Origin: Octopus vulgaris
Lineage: Eukaryota
Reading direction: 5' to 3'
Length of the DNA: 64,000 bases
Assembly: GCA_951406725.2 (NCBI GenBank)
Contig: OX597828.1
Location: 4,216,001-4,280,000, forward strand
The translations under genes were made by a program, and so were the position numbers. This document shows, piece by piece, positions 42,081 through 54,003 of this stretch (the first letter of the stretch is position 1; every line of letters begins with the position of its first letter). Below the pieces are notes generated by a model. It was not told the DNA's origin and did no database searches. It saw only the letters and a program-made list of their open reading frames with translations.

Positions 42081-42905
42081 TCATATGATTTTCGTATGTT
42101 AACATTAGTTCTGTACTACCCTTAACCTGGGAAACCCTGCTATAGCTGCAATCGACGTACGTGTCAAAACACAAGGGGTTCATTCAACTACATTTTGTAC
42201 TATTTCGCTTCATTGAATCTGATGGAGTGAAGATAATCCCAGACACAATTTCTTTTAGATGACATAACGATATGATTCTCATTGTTGTGTTGATACGCAG
42301 GAAGTTGGTAACCTAAGAGATACGTCAACACGAATAATAATGGATAAAAAAATAAAAGACAAGAATTACCTCTCAAGATATTAGCTGATAATGAAGTGGG
42401 CGGTGTTAATTAACATGTCAAAGGAACCCCACGAAAAAAAAAAATCAATACGTTCACCATTAATGAAGATCAACAATTGCGATTTTCTTTTTGGAAAAAT
42501 AATACTGAAATTTCTTTTTTCTGAAGCTGTTGCTGTTGTCGTTATTGTGTATGAAAAACTGGAAATGTATTTCCATTAAACTCTAACTCCTTTATGGGGT
42601 CCTCTGTCATAGTCAGTGTAAAATAAGGGGAGGATAATTCAGTAATTTGCTTGCATTAAAGTGCATGTATTCTGCATCATTTTAAACAAATGCTAGTTTG
42701 ATTTTAGTAATTTAAATTTCAATATTTATTTTCTATTTGATCTTTAAAGCATTCACCTGATTACAACTAGCTTTTGTATTCTGGAAACATTGAATAAAAG
42801 AAGCTAATGAAAGGATCTAATTTCCCGGCCAAAGAAGGCTCAATGTGACAGTGTATGTTTCGAAAGCGAATTATTGTATCCAAACGGTATTTCTTTTCTA
42901 TTCCT

Positions 42906-43541
42906 AAGGCGGCGAGCTGGCAGAAACGCTAGCACGCCGGGCGAAATGCTTAGCGGTATTTCGTCTACCGCTACGTTCTGAGTTCAAATTCCGCCGAGGT
43001 CGACTTTGCCTTTCATCCTTTAGGGGTCGATTAAATAATTACCAGTTACGCACTGGGCTCGATATAATCGACTTAATCCGTTTGTCTGTCCCTGTTTGTC
43101 CTCTCTGTATTTAACCCCTTGTGGGCAGTAAAGAAATAGGTATTTCTTTTCTACTCTAGGCACAGGACCCGACATTTTGGGGGAGAGACCAGTCGATTAG
43201 ATCTACCCTAGTGCGCAACTGGTACTTAATTTATCGACCTCGAAAGGATGAAAGGCAAAGTCAACACCGGCGGAATTTGAACTCAGAACGTGGCGGCAGA
43301 CGAAATAGCTATTTCTTTACTACCCACAAGGGGCTAAGCACAGAGAGGACAAACAAGGACAGACAAACGGATTAAGTCGATTATATTGACCCCAGTGCGT
43401 AACTGGTACTTATTCAATCGACCCCGATATGATGAATGGTGAAGTCGACCTCGGCGGAATTTGAACTCAGAACGTAGCGGCAGACGAATACCGCAAAGCA
43501 TTTCGCCCGGCGTGCTAACATTTCTGCCAGCTCGCTGCCTT
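42906..43541. mobile_element. Nested cluster of three family A SINE units (+, -, -)
   Basis: Plus copy 42906-43138, headless minus copy ~43145-43308, full minus copy 43309-43541. Direct repeats at 42886/43139 (15 bp) and 42877/43541 (16 of 18). Confidence 0.88.
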
Positions 43542-43859
43542 ATTCAAACGGCATTTCTACATGATAAATGTGCCTTACCGAAATTAAAATATTTATAAGT
43601 TAATAGATATCATAAAAGAGAGATCGTGTCGTAAGATCCAGTGAAATTACATATACGATGCGTGCATTAGCTGAGCAGTTGCTATGACCTTCAGTTAAAA
43701 ACACTTGTAAAATCATGAATGAAGTGTTTCTGATGGACAACTTTACCGAAGAGGAAAATGTTCTGAATAATTATTAGCTTCGTCTACAGTACTTCTTTTG
43801 CCATAGCCAAATATCATTGGCTGTGATGGGCAGACGAACTATGTGTTTACTTCATCTAG

Positions 43860-44160
43860 TTAAATGATGGCAGGGGTGTGTTCTGACAATGGATACAGCC
43901 GATAGACGGATTCGTTCCAAATGCAAAGCTAGGTGTTCGATAAAACACAAAATATTTGCAGCGCACAGATTCTTCAGAGATATGCAGAGTGCCGTATCGT
44001 TGTTTGCACACTTCTCGGGTGGTCTCGTCGAGTGGCACTTCCGTGCCTGTACATTGTACCAGGAAAAGCTAGTGCTTCAGGGAAGCACTGCCAGACCAGT
44101 GATTTCTGAAACTTTCCACGCTAATCTTCTGCACCAAAGTCCTCCGAAACAGACCTGATG
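43860..44160 (-). mobile_element. Possible RTE LINE 3' ORF relic
   Basis: Weak resemblance to the RTE C-terminus (C..F...PSIGCIH, cf. C.SRIGL.SH). Confidence 0.35.
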
Positions 44161-44169
44161 CAATATGCA

Positions 44170-44981
44170 GCGAAAGATATGGGTGTAAATGCAGATGAAA
44201 TGAGCTGAGGAGAAGAAAAACGAACACCTTCTTGAAATGAGAATGCATGGACATTTTGAAAGGAATGCACAGGACGTTAAGGATAATACAACATCGTGGA
44301 CATGGCTTGAGCGAGGTGATTTGAAGCGCAGGACCGAAAGCCTGATCATTGTTGCACAAAACCAGGCTCTCGCTACCAAGTCAGTGAAGTATAACATCAA
44401 TAAAACTTCTGACACTCTGAAATGCAGACTTTGTAAAAAGAGTGTGGAAAAGGTGGCCCACTTGGGAAATGGATGCGATAGCCTTGCACAAAAAGAATAC
44501 AAGCGCCGCACGATAAAATGTGTGTGTATCTTCATTGGCTCTTAAGCCGTAACTACCAATATGAAGTCACAGAGAATTGCTATGAGCATGTACCAAGTTA
44601 AGTTATACAGAAGGATGGAAAAGTAACGATACTCTAGGACTATGATTTCAGACGGATCGTGTAATCGAACACCGTCGGCTGAATATTGTGATATTGAATA
44701 AGACAGACAAATTCTGTTAATCCATTGATGAATCCATACCAAATGACATGAATGTTGGGAGTAAAGAGGTTGAAAAAATCACCAAGTACTCCGAATTGAA
44801 GGTGGAAGTGACAACACAGTATAGATTCTGCGAGGGTAAAGTAAAAGTGATACCAGTGCTGATCCCATTGAAACTTCAAGACTTCTTAAGGCAACTGGAA
44901 ATCTCATACAGAATTGGTGTCTTGCAAGAAGCAGCTTTATTGGGCACAGGGTACATCTTAAGGAGAGTATTATTTATCTGA
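44170..44981 (+). mobile_element. R4/Dong-clade non-LTR relic (CCHC + restriction-like endonuclease)
   Basis: MHGHF...WLERGDLKRRTESLIIVAQNQAL...CRLCKKSVEKVAHLGNGC...KEVEKITKYSEL...LQEAALLGTGYILRRVL. Confidence 0.88.
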
Positions 44982-45099
44982 GATTCTTGTTATGACTTCA
45001 CAGATGACAATAGAATCCGGTGCACTTTTACCGGCAAATAATCCAACAGCAGATATATCATCCCTACTTGAATCATGCAAAAGGAAAACTAATAAACCC

Positions 45100-46990
45100 A
45101 ACAAACCAATGAAAGCACCTCCCCTCCAGCAGCAAACTGAAGAGTTTTGGGAAAGTAACTGGAGTAATCCAAAGAAGTTTAATCAGAATGCATGTTGGGT
45201 CAGTGACATAGAAGGGACCAATGCCCACCTCAAATATCAAGAACGACAGGATATAACAACTGAAGAAATGAAAACTGCGCTCGCCAAGTCAAAGAAATGG
45301 AAATCCTCAGGTATAGATAAGATTCCAAATTCTTGGCTAAACTCTTTAATGAGCACCCACCACAACTTAACTGTAGCACTTAAAGAGGTCATATTGAACA
45401 CTGCGAGAGCCACAAAGTGACTTACAGAAGGTCTTACATATATCTTACCAAAAACAGAAGAAACTACTGAACCCCAAAAGTACAAACCCATAATATGCCA
45501 CACCACCATGGATAAAGTATTAACGTCTATAACAGCGAATAGAACATATGAATTCTTGGACAATAGGAAGTTACTGCCAGTAGGACAAAACAGATATAAA
45601 AGGAGTTCATATGGATGTAGGGACCAATTAATGATTGATAAATGCAAGTCCAAACGTAGAAATCTTAGCACCGCTTGGATAGATTACAAGAACGCTTTTG
45701 ATAGTGTTCCCCATGCATGGATCATCAAGACCCCAGAAGTTTACAAGATAGCTCCAACAATTGCGAACTTTTTAAAAGTAACCATGAATTCGTGGAGAAC
45801 CTCCCTAATTTCAAACCATACATAAAGCTATACCATCTCACCAGACATCAATATCACTTGTGGTACCTTGCAATATGACTCATTGACACCATTACTCTTC
45901 CGCCTCGCTCTGTTCCCTTTATCCATCCAACTGGATAATGCTAAGAGGGGGTATAATATCTTTAAACAGAAAATTAATTATCTACTCTATATGGATGATC
46001 TAAAGCTCTTTGCTAAAAGTGACAAAGAATTAGAAGATTTTCTGAATATTGTCAAAGAATTCAGCTCTGATATATGTATGGAATTCCTATTTGATAAATG
46101 TGCAACCGCCACTTTCAAGACAGGGACATTCGTAAAGGCAGAAAACATTGAACTTGATACTACCACACACTTAGAACAATCCGAAGTATACAAGTATTTG
46201 GGAACCAATGACGTTGATGGTATCCAGTACTCTAAAATGGAAGAGAAACTCCGCAAGGAATGCTACCGAAGTTAAGAATAGCTCTAAATTCAGAAGTAAA
46301 TGCTGCTAACAATTAATCCGATCAACTCAAAGAGATCCAAATAGGGACAAACCTACCATTAATGCAAAAGACATCAAACAAAAAGCAAAGAAGGCTTGAA
46401 TGAATAATATCGAGAACTGGAAAGATAAACTCCTGCATGGAAAATAATCTAACCGACTGCTGTCCAAGCCAGATATTGATCAAAATCTAGCACACCAATA
46501 GCTACAAGGGACAGGTCTGCAAAGGGGAAACAGAATGTGTTGCTATTGCAATGCAAGATCAGAGCTTACCTACAGGAAACCGCCATGCAAACGTCCTTAA
46601 AGATGGATCTAACACCCTACTTCGTTCAGAATTTGTGGAAAATTCACAGACACACTTGATCATGTTGCTTCTGGCTGCCCAGTCCTCACTGAAAAGAGTA
46701 CCTCATAAGACATGACAGACTAGGGCAGTACTTCCATTGGAATGCTTGGTAATTATTACAAAATTGAATCCCATGGTAAGTAGTACAGGCACCATCCAGA
46801 AGATGGCGAGGATGTCACCATCCTTTGGAACTTCCCAATACAAACAGACAGAAAAATTGACCACATATTGTGGTCAAGGAATATAACAGAGGAACTTGTC
46901 TGTTAATAGATAAGCTTGTCCCACAAGATCGAAAAGTCTCAAGAAAGGAATAGGTACAACCCATACACTACAGAAAACACACCCCATTTA
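45100..46990 (+). mobile_element. R4/Dong-clade non-LTR relic with RT
   Basis: WKSSGIDKIPNSWL, TAWIDYKNAFDSVPH, QYDSLTPLLF, LLYMDDLKLFAK, YKYLG. Downstream zinc-knuckle/RLE remnants. Many stops. Confidence 0.9.
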
Positions 46991-47122
46991 AAATGGTATA
47001 AATGTGGTGGTAATTTTAGCATGTATAGGAAAACGAAAGTGCCCGTACTGCTCTTGAACTCCGGAGGATGTCCGGTACTAAGGCAGCTGAAAGGGAACCA
47101 TAAATGATGATAATGATATTGT

Positions 47123-47189
<67 letters not shown>

Positions 47190-47194
47190 ATACC

Positions 47195-47665
47195 CAGGTT
47201 AAACAACAAGATGGAAGGACAGCAACTGTAGTAGCACAGAATATGAAACTAATAGCAAAGCAAAATGCGTTTGAACAATTGGCTGATAAGTGGAAACCAA
47301 ACTTCTGCATGGCAAATATGTGGCTCGTAGCAAACAAGCTGATGTAGAGCAGAAGCACACCCATCAGTGGCTACAGAGCTCAGAGTTAAAGGCAGAGAGT
47401 GGGGGCTGTATCTTGGCTTCACATGATCAGAGGTTATTGAACCGGAACTATGAATGCAAATGTGATGAAAAATGATGTAGACCCAAAGTACCGATACTGC
47501 AAAGATGAGATTGAAACAGTTGACCGATCAATCACTGGTTGTAAGGTGTTAGCACCTGTAGAGTACAAATCAAGACATGATAGAGTTGGCCAATATCTAC
47601 ACTGGATAATGTGTCGGCATTATAAAATCAAAACTATTGACAAATGGTACAAACACCACCCTAAG
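47195..47665 (+). mobile_element. Third R4/Dong fragment, between (GAT)n and (TATG)n
   Basis: KLLHGKY...HQWLQSSELKAESGG...CKDEIETVD...GCKVLAPVEYKSRHDRVGQYLHW...KWYKHHP. Confidence 0.88.
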
Positions 47666-47679
47666 TACGTATATGTATG

Positions 47680-47711
<32 letters not shown>

Positions 47712-47827
47712 TGTATGTATGTATGTATGTATGTATGTATGTATGTATGTATGCATGTATGTATGCAAGTATGTATGTGTGTATGTATGTATGTATTTAC
47801 GTATGTATGTATATTCTTTAATTTTTT

Positions 47828-48008
47828 TTGTTTCAGTAATTTGACTAAGACCATGAGGAAGCACCACCCTTAGCCGAACACTTTGACCCCGGACTTATTC
47901 TTTGTAAGCCTTGTACTTATTCTATAGGTCCCTTTTCCCTAACAGCTAATGCGACGTGGACGTAAACACATCAACATAGGATGTCAAGTAATGGTAGGGG
48001 GCAAACAC
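47828..48008 (-). mobile_element. SINE family B, 3' half
   Basis: gtttcagtaatttgact...ccatg...gcaccacc...gaccccggacttattctttgtaagcc. Confidence 0.7.
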
Positions 48009-48049
48009 ATACATATATATGTATGCATGTATGTATGTATGTATGTATG

Positions 48050-48080
<31 letters not shown>

Positions 48081-48086
48081 GTATGC

Positions 48087-48132
<46 letters not shown>

Positions 48133-48459
48133 ATATATCTTCATATACACAGATATATAAATATACATGCACACAAGTAGATACGCAGACACTTACACAT
48201 ATATTTGTTTGTTCCTCCTCAAACCGTATATATATATATATATATATATACATGTTTCAATATGTGACATCTCTTAGGCTTTCATCTCACTTGACGGATT
48301 CCTAGAGGTGTTGTGGTGTCATGCGGCACGTCTTTGACACACGTCTAGACACAGTCGATGTTTTCGGACAGTAAAGATAATCAGAGAGATAAAAAGAGAA
48401 ATGAAAGAATGAGTCAATGGGAAGTTATATATGCATAGTATCTGTATATATGTTTGTGC

Positions 48460-48522
<63 letters not shown>

Positions 48523-50241
48523 CGTGAGGCAATGTTTTTGTTTATGTTTGTGCGTGTACCGTTGTGTGTATGTGTTTGTGTTTGTATGTTTTTATGTATG
48601 TATGCATGCATGTATATATGTATGTATGCTTGTTTGCACGTATGAGAGCCAAAACAACTACATGCACAAAGTCCAATTTGATATCTGATAAATTTCGAAA
48701 GCTTTTGTAAAGTAACTATGTATCTGAAGTAACATTAGTCTAGTTTTCCTTTGATAAACAAAGCCACTGATTCTATTTAGAAAAGCCATTATCAAATTCA
48801 TTTTTGATGTGAAGAAAAAATAGAAATATAATCTGATAAAAACACGACGAACAAACTTATACTATCGATATCAGTATTTACTTATCATTATTTTCTTTAC
48901 TTTGAAATGATCAATGATGCGTAAGAAGTAACAAAATATGCACACATTCTGATGTGTAAATGGTTAATATATATATATATATATATATATATAATGAAAA
49001 TATCGAATAACTTTACTAAAAACTTTTGTTGTTTAAATTAAGATCTAATCTTGGTTTGAATTTTAAATTCTCAAGTATATGGAGGCAAAGAATTATTATA
49101 TGCATATATTTTCAGTTTTAATATTTAGCTCTCTTGCGATTTATTCCGACTTTTAACTCAAAGAATATAAACAAAATGTTCCACGCTAACTTTTTGAAAT
49201 GTGTGTTTCGTTGATAAATGATGTTTAATGAAATTAACATTCATGCAGATTTACTTATCCAAATGAAAGTCTAGCATTCCATTATCCACATTAAAGGATT
49301 ATTCTTCATAATTAACCTATTTCACCATTGTTTCTCCGTCCACAATATCATTTTTGAATTGGGAATTGCATATTATATTATTCTGCCCCAATCAGATATC
49401 AATGATATAAATGAATAATTGTTATGAAATTATAATGAAATAGGTGACCTGATTGAAATACATGAGTATTTTAAATAGCTATTACTGGATTTCACATGAA
49501 ATCGTTGAGTGATATTTATTTTAATTCAATGCAAACCGTCACTGATAGAAATCAATACATGATGCCACGTTTAAATCCGAAGAACTCTAATATGGGATCG
49601 TTGATTGGCATCAATTTAATGATACCTCATTTAAGCCCAAATAATAGGCTACTGATTTCTTTCAATGAATATGCCGCGAGTGTAATATCGGCAATAAGGT
49701 ATTATTAACGCCAATCAATGGAGATGATATCCCAATGTAACAGCAGCTACTATTCTCTGATTTATAGAGGCTTCATAATAACTAAATTTCTTCTAGTAGT
49801 AGAAATCAATTAATAGGATGTTATCGATTAGATGAATAACATTACGTGATTAATCGATAACTACTTTGTTAAAAGTTTGGTATTTCGCAACGATGCAAAA
49901 ATATCCATTAGAAACAATTATCAACTCCCTGGCTACAAAATAAGTCACTTTCCAAGGAAACTTTGGATCATTTCGTGAAACATGTCTAAGACAACCAGAG
50001 AAATTTTAACAATATAAAATTATAAACTAGAAAACAAACAATTTTGTAATATATTTTACACGAAGTGTCCCAGCACTTTCAAGTTAATAAAATTTAATTA
50101 TTCAAATTAAAAAAAGACGAGGAAATTCAGAGGACATGATGCTGCTAGACATGAATTGTTACAGAGATCCTATTGGAAGGTTTATAGTGTCTACAGTGCC
50201 TGTATGAAAAATGAATGCCAGCTGCATGCAGAAGATATACA

Positions 50242-50330
<89 letters not shown>

Positions 50331-50409
50331 ACACGTACGCAAGCAGGTTCACACACACACACACAAACACACACATAAACATACACACACGCACACTTGC
50401 ACACATTTA

Positions 50410-52340
50410 TATCGGCGTAGCTCACCGCACTAATATGCTGCACCGACAGTCTTGTTTTCCAGTGCCACACCCTACGCCTGGGATTTCTGGAAACTATCCA
50501 TGCGCCGCGGCTCAAAAATCTTCCGGAATACAGAAACCAATTGCTTTTCCTCAGCGCCCAAATTCTTCTCCGAGATATGGTGATCTAACCCACATTAATT
50601 CCCATTGAATGCCATAGAAGAACATCTATCTGCCACACTTTTCGACTGTTAAAATGGATGTGCGCGGCTGGCGGCACTCTGGGTGCTCGATCTAGGACTG
50701 CAGATATGAGCGGTGAAAATGGTGAGACTGCTCTGGAAAATGGTGAGACTGCTCATCTTCAAGAAAACTCTGACGATGTAATCTCAGCGCATATCTGTGG
50801 ATCATAAGAAACAATGTGGGCAGTCCTTCACGCAGCAAATGTTGATAGCAAATGGACCGTCTGACGAACCGAACGCACCACCTCATCACCAAGCAGAAAG
50901 TCAAGCGTTCCACTTTGGAAGTAGGGCGTGGCACAAGAGTCAGGGTGTAATAGATGGTGGATGCTATGTAAGTATTTGCCATCAGTGTCCGACGCTTTAG
51001 GAACAGCTTTCTTTCGTCCGTTTCTGAGTGAGACTAACTGCTCTGCTCATCACCTCTTTCCCTTTCTTGTTCACAGAAATGCATACCAAACAAAACCAAG
51101 CCCCAAACTAACAACATTGTTTCATAGAATGGTCCTACATCTTCAGATACTATGTTGCTGGCCCAGTGCGACCCCTTTTAGACATCATATATTCCCTTAA
51201 AACACTGCCGAACACCTCGATAGCTTTGGCGTCCGTATATATAAACACTTGTCTTCTGCGTCCTAGTTCTCATGGCTCTAGAGTGTGTTAGAGGAGGGGA
51301 GGGAAGGAATATCTTTGATGAACTAAAGCACGATATTGATCGATTAAGCAAATGTTTCTATACATAACGGTAATTTAAATTTTAGTGATGCACTCGAAAC
51401 CGGGGGTAACCACCAAATATTAGTGGCTAGTCCTCTAGAAAGCACTTGATCTATCTTGATTAGAGCCCATATTCCTTGCTTAATTATTCTGTAATGAGGA
51501 GGTTCTTGAAAAAAGACCTGTTTAGTATATTATATGACGGCGTATCACTGAAAATACCACCAATAATAATCGCCAAACATTTGGATAACACTTCGACCAA
51601 AATTTGGAACTGTGAATTTAGCAGAGTTGCAGATCTAAACGTATCAAACTTTCAGCTGGTTCAGGTCCTTTCTTAGCAGGACTAGTACACCAGTGCTCAC
51701 AGAAATGGGAATTGTCACATTGCAATAGAAAGTTATTATGAGGTCACCCAACATATCTGGTGTTTGAAAACAAAATTCATAGTTCAGGTCGTCCATCGCC
51801 GGGGGATTCTTCTCAGCATTTCATGTATTTCATAATGCGTTATCAGCCTTTTATAGAACACCGCATACCCAGTCTAGATCCGCTTCAAATCATCAAGGTA
51901 GTGGTAAAGTCCACCTTCACTTCCCCTAAAGTTCGAGTGAAGTACTCCGCTTGTAACTGAGTAGCAGTTGTCCATTCCAATCCATTAAAGACGGTATTGT
52001 GATATTGTTGGCGCGTTTTCCATCTGCCACCAGGTCAATCTAACAGTTTCCCTGCTTTCATGTCTTCGAAAATGCGCTGCTAATGCAATCTTTATTCTTT
52101 ATGTTGAAGAACTGGACAAGCGCCAACCTGAACTTATATACATCGTTCGCAATGCATTTGATTATCACTTCCTTTAGGTTCATGCATATCCGTCTGTATC
52201 CATCTCGAGTGAAAAATTTCTCTATCATATGTTTTTTAACCAAACCTTATTGACTTATTCTAATAGCTTCCATAATTTGTTAAAGATATCCCCTGTTCAC
52301 TTTCACTCAACTGCGGGTTACTGATGCTGTCCGTTACTTC
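50410..52340 (-). mobile_element. Degenerate L1/Tx1-like LINE ORF2
   Basis: Collinear minus-strand remnants SPAMDDLNYEF (KSPG.DGL.YEF), GVLVLLRK...FRSATLLNSQFQIL (RPITLLN.D.KIL), ALIKIDQ (LDQ.KAFD) and ANTYIASTIYY...HLLREGL. Confidence 0.8.
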
Positions 52341-52941
52341 GCGCGCTTGGAAAGGCGTGTTCAGCTTCAAATAACCGAGTCGTTGCATATGCAGTATATT
52401 GATGTCAAAAGTACAAATTTGTGTTTGTGTATTTGACAACTTTGAATTGAGGACAAATTATAGGCTCCCTATCTGCAGACAAACAGACTACTCGAATTTT
52501 ATATGATGCTGTTTATTCAAACATACACTGACAAGTTCGGAAAATCGAGTTAATATTTGTCAGCGAGTAAGAAACGACCGAGCAACTTTACTTGGCTTTT
52601 ACACTTCCACTCTTATGACCTAACTCCAACAAAGGCATGCATCCGAGTTTATCTTCCATTCGCCCAGTAGCACCAAAGGGCAGGATGTTTGCGGGAAAGC
52701 CTCCAAACGATCGAAAAACTGTAGCCGCACTGACACAGTCGAAGCACACAGGGAGACTAGTTTAAAGGTACCCCCTTCACTATTGTCCACGTCAAGGACC
52801 ACTACCTTACAGACCAGATCTCAAAAGATCAATCATATCTCGAGGTGCAGGCGTTTGTAAAACATCACTGCTATCGCACCCACCACATACCGGGCCAAGT
52901 AAGTGATTCAATGATGTAATAGTCTCTACAAATTGGTGCTA

Positions 52942-53221
52942 AGTTGCTTGTGATGAAAACTCTAGGCTTGCTATTGACTTAATATCCGTACCTTGAAGCC
53001 TCAAGTTGAGTAGTCAACTTTACTTCCAAGGATGACTCAAAGACACGTGCATTATACAGCACTCACACATTATACACAGCACTCTCACAAGTTGCTTGTG
53101 AGAGAAATTATAGTCGTGCCATGGACTTAATGTCCGTACCTAGAAACCTCAAGTTGTATAGTCAACTTTACTTCGAAGGATGACTCAAAGTTACGTGTAT
53201 TATATACAGCACTCTCACAAC
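52942..53221 (+). repeat. Two diverged ~140-bp tandem units upstream of CR1 ORF1
   Basis: aagttgcttgtga...tccgtacct...cctcaagttg...tagtcaactttacttc.aaggatgactcaaag...acagcactc occurs at ~52942 and ~53089. Confidence 0.88.
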
Positions 53222-53421
53222 TGTCATTTTGATGGAAAAGATAGAAACGAAGCAGAAATGGAAACGAGTTACTCAGGCATTTGGTGGCCCTTCGACCGGG
53301 TGATCTATCTCTGGAAATTGGGGTTTTTATGAGAAGTCTTATATGACCCTAGTGATAACCATTTAGCCTGAGCTTTGCCTAACAGCGGGGTAGTCACAAA
53401 GTCCATATTTATCATTTCCCA

Positions 53422-54003
53422 ATGCTAAGTTCTCCAACCGGCAGCAAGGGCCATGGAGACGGAGAACCCGGTGAAGAGGTAGAGGGAGGAGGAAGAACTA
53501 AAAGAAGGACTGGAAGAGCTAAAGGAAAAGCTCAAGCAGGACCAAAGGGTGAAAAAACCAGGAATAGAAGTGGAACCGCAAAAGATGGAAACAAACAGCG
53601 CACACGGGTGTGTAGGTTCTACCTGAGAGGTTCCTGCTGGCATGGAAAGGAAGGTGCAGGCTGCCGCTTTGCACATCGGGGACCCTGCCACAGAGACAAG
53701 AGGCAGATGGACAAACCATCAACACAAGGAAAAGGGATGGACCACGCACCACTTGCCCCAAAGCGGAGGTACGCAGATGTTGTGCGTGCCACAAACCGCC
53801 AACATGATGTTGTCGAAAGGGCAGCTGCTGAGCAACAATCTTTTTTGTGCATGGCACAAAAGATTGTACAGCAGCTGACCTGGCTTCATCAAACCCAAGC
53901 CCGCAGGTGGGACTACCCACTATATACCAGACCACCGCAGCAAACAGACCCAGGATGGACACCGCCGGCAACAACGTACACCTCACCTCGATGCTTCTAC
54001 TGA
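53422..54003 (+). CDS. LINE ORF1, basic protein with CCCH zinc finger
   Basis: 193 aa, CRFYLRGSCWHGKEGAGCRFAH. Overlaps ORF2. Confidence 0.75.
   Translation: MLSSPTGSKGHGDGEPGEEVEGGGRTKRRTGRAKGKAQAGPKGEKTRNRSGTAKDGNKQRTRVCRFYLRGSCWHGKEGAGCRFAHRGPCHRDKRQMDKPSTQGKGMDHAPLAPKRRYADVVRATNRQHDVVERAAAEQQSFLCMAQKIVQQLTWLHQTQARRWDYPLYTRPPQQTDPGWTPPATTYTSPRCFY

Noticed and set aside
52942-53221. CRISPR-like or LTR-like repeat
   Set aside because: Only two adjacent diverged units with no spacers or TG..CA ends, in a eukaryotic LINE 5' context.
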